A stretch of DNA of 64,000 nucleotides from Hemiscyllium ocellatum (lineage: Eukaryota): NCBI RefSeq assembly GCF_020745735.1, contig NC_083419.1:71006096-71070095 (forward strand), written 5' to 3'. Position 1 is the first letter of the stretch, and every line of letters starts with the position of its first letter. This document shows, piece after piece, positions 58,544-64,000 of this stretch. Position numbers and translations under genes: made by a program. The notes below the pieces were generated by a model, which was given only the letters and a program-made list of their open reading frames with translations, searched no databases and was not told the DNA's origin.

Positions 58544-60196
58544 ACGCGGGAGAGTTTCTTTTTGTATTGCATGTTAAATCTCTCAGTCCTTCAATAATAT
58601 TAGCTTTCTTAGTATTGGGATTTTGTCAAACGATGCTGTCATCTCCATATTTGTTATTAATGGTCCCTGAGTCTGAATATCCGCAAGTAACAGAGGTCGA
58701 TGCTTGCAGCCTCGTAAAACGGGCAGATGTAAAGTATCAGAGGGAGTGCATTTCCTCCGAAATCCTTCTTAAGACCCTTCCAAACACAAGGTATAGTTTG
58801 CAAAAACCGCCACCTGGCATCACTATCCATAGAGCCCCCTTTCACCCAGCCCTCGACGGCCCCGACATATCTCACCATTAAAAATACCTCCTCTGAAGAC
58901 TCCTTTTTCCGTAAAAACGGGTCTCGACTCCTTAGTAACAATTTAAAGATAGGAATGGCTGCCACTGGGAAGTGTTTTTCGGCCTGCTGTATCCGAATAG
59001 TCGTAGGAAACGGAAAACGAGCCAAATACATCCTTTTGCCCCTCCCAAAGAACCAAAGGTGGTAAAAATTATCGAGGTCAAGGACATGCTATGCATGTGC
59101 CTTTGGTAGGCCAGTTACCTATTAGTCCCCTTTCCCCTTGGGTAGAACCGAAACAGGAAGGGCATGATAGTCCCAAATCAGGATAAGACTGCATGGAATG
59201 ATAGGAATTGTATATCCCTATCTCTAATGTTCCCTTCCTTGGAGAAGACAGATTTGAAAGCTCTCTCCCCGCCCCCGTTTTTGATCACGTTCGGGAATCA
59301 CACATCGTGTATAAGCCAACAGGGTACAAATCAGTCTAGAAACTTGAGGGAGCTAAGGTTATGTATAGAAACTCAGAATGACACCGAAACAGACAAAGGA
59401 GGGAACTACTCAGCACTCCGGTTCCCCGAGCGGATCTCTGGTGGTCCTGTGGAGGCAGAATATTATGACCAACCCTACTTCCTGACTGGAGAGGGATATG
59501 TGCAATTGTACAACTGGCAATCCCATTCACCTTGGCATTTGAGAAGGAGAAGATGGTAGTAACAAAGAATGAAAGGAGTAAAAGGTCATTATTAGATCCT
59601 TCCTTTGATGATAGGATTTATCTTGACTCTATCGGAGTTCCTAGAGGGCTCCCCGATCAGTTCAAGGCCCACAACCAGATTGCAGCAGGTTTTCAATTGG
59701 CCCTATTTTGGTGGGTAACGGTCAACAAGAATGTGGATTAGATAAACTATATATTTTGTACAACCAGCAAAGACTCATCAATTACACTAGAGATGCTGTC
59801 AAGGGTATTTCCGGGCAACTTGAGGCAACCAGCAGAATGGCCTGGGAAAACTGACTGGCCTTAGATATGATCCTAGCCGATAAAAGGGGTGCATGTGTGA
59901 TGTCAGGGGGGAGCTGTTGTACCTTTATTCCAAATAATACAGCACCTGATGGGTCAATCTCTCGTGCCTTGCAAGGATTGACCACCTTGGTGGAAGAATT
60001 GGCTGAGAATTCAGGAGTGGACACATCACTCACGGGATGGCTGGAATCATGATTTGGGAAATGGAAGGGAGTGGTAGTCTCCATCCTCACCTCCCTAATA
60101 GTGGTAGCAGGGGTACTGGCAGCAATTGGCTGTTGTATCATACCTTGTGTACGGGGGTTAACCCAGCGGCTAATTGAGATGGCATTGACCTCTTGA
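58544..60196 (+). pseudogene. env: ERV env remnant with gamma-type TM
   Basis: Furin site RSKR (59574-59585), SIGVPRGLPDQFKAHNQIAAGF, ISD-like ALDMILADKRG, CX6CC (CVMSGGSCC) and TM anchor VVVSILTSLIVVAGVLAAIGCCIIP. The start is approximate. Confidence 0.88.
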
Positions 60197-60300
60197 ACAA
60201 TGAGGGGACCTTAAGGACTATAAATGAAGTCTCAGGGATGATGCTAGTGAACTGGAAGGCAACGTATGAGACAAATGCAGAAGACAACACTTAGTAGCCA

Positions 60301-60340
60301 AGAAGAAAAGGGTGGCGGGGGGGGGGGGGGTGGGCGGGAT
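60301..60340 (+). promoter_or_regulatory. Polypurine tract with G-run expansion
   Basis: agaagaaaagggtggcggggggggggggggtgggcgggat immediately before the 3' LTR. Confidence 0.85.
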
Positions 60341-61181
60341 TGTGAGGTATAAGGTTAAAATTGTACAGAATAAGGGAACAGGTGTTGCTTCTGCAAAAGT
60401 TTACATAACATAATTAGGCTGCTCATGCAAATACTAAACAGTGAGAAGCGAAAACAGGTAGAATTATCTATGACTAATAGGGCAGAGTGACCGGGTAGCG
60501 GGATATACCAGTAACAGGAGAACAGTGTGCCAGTCTCAGGAGGGATGTGGCCAACGGATGGAATTTAGTTTGGCAGGATGATCGCATGAAGACAACAAAC
60601 TATGCCAGGATAGTCACATATAAGGAATGAGATAAATAAGAGTAAGGGGTGACAGGCTTAGAGTAATGGGAGAAGTCAACAGAGGCGGAGAGAAGCTAGA
60701 CAAAGGTGGAGTGAAGCTAGAGCTTGTGATTGGTTACTTTTGCTGTAGCGCATAGCCTATGGGGTGAAAGGGGAGGACCGAGAGACGCAGCTGAACAGCA
60801 TAAATCAAAATTTAACCCTCAGATCAGGGTGCTTACTCGTTAGGCACCCGTTCTTGCAAGTACATATCAATAAAATTTGCTGCTTCAGAATTTGACTCGG
60901 ACTGAAATTTATTAATATGTGAGTTTTGTTTAGATCAGATTACTTACAGTGTAGAAACAGGCCCTTCGGCCCAAGAAGTCCACACCGACCCGCCGAAGCG
61001 CAATCCACCCCTACCCCTACATTTACCCCTTACCTAACACTACGGGCAATTTAGCATGGCCAATTCACCTGACCCGCACATCTTTGGACTGTGGGAGGAA
61101 ACCGGAGCACCCGGAGGAAACCCACGCAGACACAGGGAGAATGTGCAAACTCCACACAGTCAGTCGCCTTTGTTTCTCACA
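60341..61181 (+). repeat. ERV 3' LTR, interrupted 6 nt from its end by a SINE
   Basis: tgtgagg...gagttttgttt[SINE]ctcaca. Confidence 0.92.
60932..61168 (-). mobile_element. 5'-truncated HE1-type SINE inside the 3' LTR
   Basis: 7-nt TSD tttgttt (60925-60931 and 61169-61175). Confidence 0.9.
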
Positions 61182-62234
61182 CAAAGTGACAATTAAAAAA
61201 AAAAGTAAATTGGTGTACATAATTGTTTTTTGTTTGAGGAGGAGGATGGTTATGACGTTAACTGCATTGATGAGGAATTAGGATTTGTTGGGAAAGCAAA
61301 CCAGGATGAAGAAAGAAATCTGGATTGAGCAAATGTTTGGACTCTATAATCTGTTCGCAGATTGATATGGTGTTGGAATATGAGGGTCCTGAGGTCACAA
61401 TGGAACGAATGACTGATTTGCCAATTATAAGGTGAGGTAGGAATGGATGTAGGAGCCATTTCACAGATGGAAGCAATGACTCTTGGTGACGACGTGGACA
61501 TGTGTTTGAATTGATCTCGGGCTCCATTATGAAGCCACAAGCAAACATAATTCATCCAGAGGCAGTCCTCACTGAGCCTGATGGATCACTGAGAGCCACA
61601 AAACATTTCCATGGAAGCATTGAGGATGTTGACTCATCCATGATATCCAGCGCCATTCCCAAGCATGGGGTCTCATCTGTCACTGTGTTCTCTGATTGGA
61701 GCTTGTATTCTCCCGATCAACACAGCAGCTGATTCGTGGAAAGAAATGAATGACAAAAGGAAGTGATATCAGCATCAGGCCTGGAGAACTGAATGGAAAC
61801 ACACAGTATTGCTGAAAATACACTTATAATCAAAAGACACAGATTTCTTTCACAGTATATTATTTAATCTTTATAACAGGAAACTTCTTGGATTTTGAAA
61901 TCCCGTCCAGAAATGTGCATCAGAGAATTCCGTGAGCAGGAGTGTACAGGAGCCTATCGTTGCTGTTTTAGTGATTATTTGGAATAAATTTCTTTTCTCA
62001 GGCCTATCTAATTTCTCTTTCGGTTATGCTTTTTTTGTTCAACTTTTGATGAACTGTTGCTCGTTGCTAACAGCACTTTACTTTGCACCTGCAGTCATTT
62101 TCTTATTGCTCCTTATGGTCATTCCTTGCCCATCTGAAAAGGAGTGTTATCATGTTGCCAGTCCTCCTCCTCTTTTTGGTCCCTTCCTCACGTGGACTCC
62201 TTGTTCCATTATCTACTGCATCTAATGTTGGCTC

Positions 62235-63072
62235 TCATTTATTTGGATTCATCAGCAATTGAAATATTTTTATCACTGGATATTTCATGGCATACTTTAA
62301 CTGGACTCTGAATGCTTTCTGCGTCATCACGTAAATACATCCATTTGTGCAGCAACGTAGGCTCTTCCACATATATGCAAATTGTTCAAAGAGATAATAA
62401 TCATCCCAATTCAAGGAAAAACCAGCATTAAATGCATATGAAACATACACCAACCAGAGAAGGATAAAACTGGTGGATATAGCAAAGAGAAAAAACACAG
62501 AATTGCATCTGTTATCTACCTCTGGTTCATTGTCTGTTTTTCTTTGACCCCTCAATTCCTTACGCATCTTAATGGCCTCAAAGATATATCTGACAGTCAG
62601 GACGTTAATAAAAAGAATAAAAGTGAATGGGAACAATGGTGTTAAAAAACATTCAAACTATTTTAAACTTGCCCACCGAAGGTCATTAAAATAACTAGCT
62701 GGAATAACAGTACCATGGAACATTGTTGATGATTGTTAGAGGTTCATTGCTAGAACTTGCATTGCAGTTTTCTCTGTGCAATATGTAGTTTTCATCTGAT
62801 GAAACCAAATGGCGACAAATCAATCCAAAGAAAAAGCGACAGTGAACCAGACAGAACAATCAGTTGCTATGAAGTTCAGGACATAGGTAACACGGCAAAC
62901 AGGAACAATGTCCAGGAAACATCATGGATAATAAGAGTAGCGAAACCAACTAATTATGATTTCAAAGAAAATGAACAGTAGTCAGATGCTGCCATGGCTA
63001 CCAGATAGCAAGTGCTGCATTTAGAAAGACCACACTTGTCCCGACACAGGAATATAATCGCCACTAGACTAA
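62235..63072 (-). pseudogene. Second GPR139-like GPCR, exon 2; multiple stops, frameshifts and a deletion; exon 1 beyond the window
   Basis: Acceptor cctaacAG; SLVAIIFLCRDKCGLSKC, SVWFTVAFSLD*FVAI, TVRYIFEAIKMRKELRGQRK and CTNGCIYVMTQKAFR; clearly paralogous to 5027-5912. Confidence 0.88.
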
Positions 63073-63451
63073 CTGTTAGGGAGATAAAGGAAACAATAGA
63101 GACTTGAAGTTACTGATCAAATATTCTCTGGTTGAGTACAGACTGTAAGGATTGATTTTCACATAAAGGTAATTGTTGTTTCATGCTCCATCAAGATAAA
63201 GAATTATAACCACAACAAAGCCTCAAAATCAATCAGTTGCACTTTCAAAAGAGATAGGGAAGATCATTGATTTGAAATGAAGGATCCACCTATAAGGAAA
63301 TATTAGAGACTTTGGTTTTGTTTCTTCTTGCAGATAAGAGTTGACCTTACTGAGGAATTCAAAATTATGAACACTTTTGACAGGGTAAAGAATGATATTT
63401 TAATATTGATGTGTCAATAACTAGGGATCACATCTTCAGGATTGTCACAAT

Positions 63452-63486
63452 CACCTGATGAAGGAGCATCACTCCGAAAGCTAGTG
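63452..63486 (+). ncRNA. Intact minimal hammerhead ribozyme motif of a third family, within a short element (about 63445-63540) inside old CR1 debris
   Basis: cac-CTGATGA-a-ggag(catca)ctcc-GAAA-GCTA^gtg. Stem I cac/gtg, stem II ggag/ctcc, palindromic AGCT stem III, CUA cleavage triplet. Confidence 0.82.
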
Positions 63487-64000
63487 TGCTTCCAATTAAA
63501 CCTGTTGGACTATAACCTGGCGTTGTGATTTTTAACTCTGCCCTGGGAGAGTGATGGAAGTGGATTCCATAGGAGATGTCAAAAGGGAGATGGATATATT
63601 TTTGAAAGTGATGAAATTAGAGTCCTACAGCGATGCGGATGGATCATAGGACAAACAGGGGAGCACATTTGGGGGCCAGTACAGATAAGATGGGTAAAAT
63701 GGCCTCCTACAATTCAATGATTCTTTACCATGAGCAGCGGATCAATCCCAGAAACACGGTCATGTACTGGAGGTTTTATGGGATCAGCAGTGGCTGATTT
63801 CATCCACTATGAGATGACTCAGAATGGCTGGAGATTCCCTTTACACCACCATCCACACAAAGATACTTGGATCTGTAAAATAAAGAAGGGGTGACACCTC
63901 ATGCAGATGTTGACTGCTAAATTTCTGGATTCAGATTTGGAGCCTCCACAGCTCAGATTGCCTCCAGAATTGTACATCTGCACTGTAGGAACTAAAAGTA

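Larger units (their letters stand above)
53733..61181 (+). mobile_element. Defective class I (gamma/epsilon-like) endogenous retrovirus
   Basis: Two TG..CA LTRs, PBS-Pro, gag/pol/env remnants in order, PPT. Protease and most of RT are absent. Confidence 0.95.

Noticed and set aside
61240-61780. ORFs at 61250-61732 as a gene or transposase
   Set aside because: No recognisable motifs in any frame.

Overview
Eukaryotic, repeat-dense genomic DNA, almost certainly from a cartilaginous fish (shark-type IgM exons, HE1-like SINEs, CR1/HER1-like LINEs, Penelope-like elements). The species cannot be fixed from sequence alone. The core is a minus-strand IgM heavy-chain cluster (38.4-53.4 kb): leader, a germline-prejoined V-D-D, J, Cmu2, Cmu3, Cmu4/secretory tail, TM1 and TM2. 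I find no Cmu1 exon, and nearly every exon carries disabling lesions, so it is a pseudogene. A class I endogenous retrovirus (53.7-61.2 kb, tRNA-Pro PBS) sits head-to-head about 280 bp from the VH TATA box. Its two LTRs are about 10% diverged, lack a clear TSD and differ by a 28-bp micro-inversion that flips the CCAAT box. Two paralogous GPR139/142-like class A GPCR genes with homologous flanks lie 57 kb apart and bracket the Ig cluster. The rest is nested CR1, SINE and Penelope-like (PLE) sequence with at least three families of minimal hammerhead-ribozyme motifs. Several of these occur as short TSD-flanked fold-back (inverted-repeat) insertions, and one fold-back centre falls exactly on the predicted ribozyme cleavage site. 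All alignments were done by eye and no database searches were run; TE boundaries are approximate to about 10-30 bp unless a TSD or splice site is quoted.
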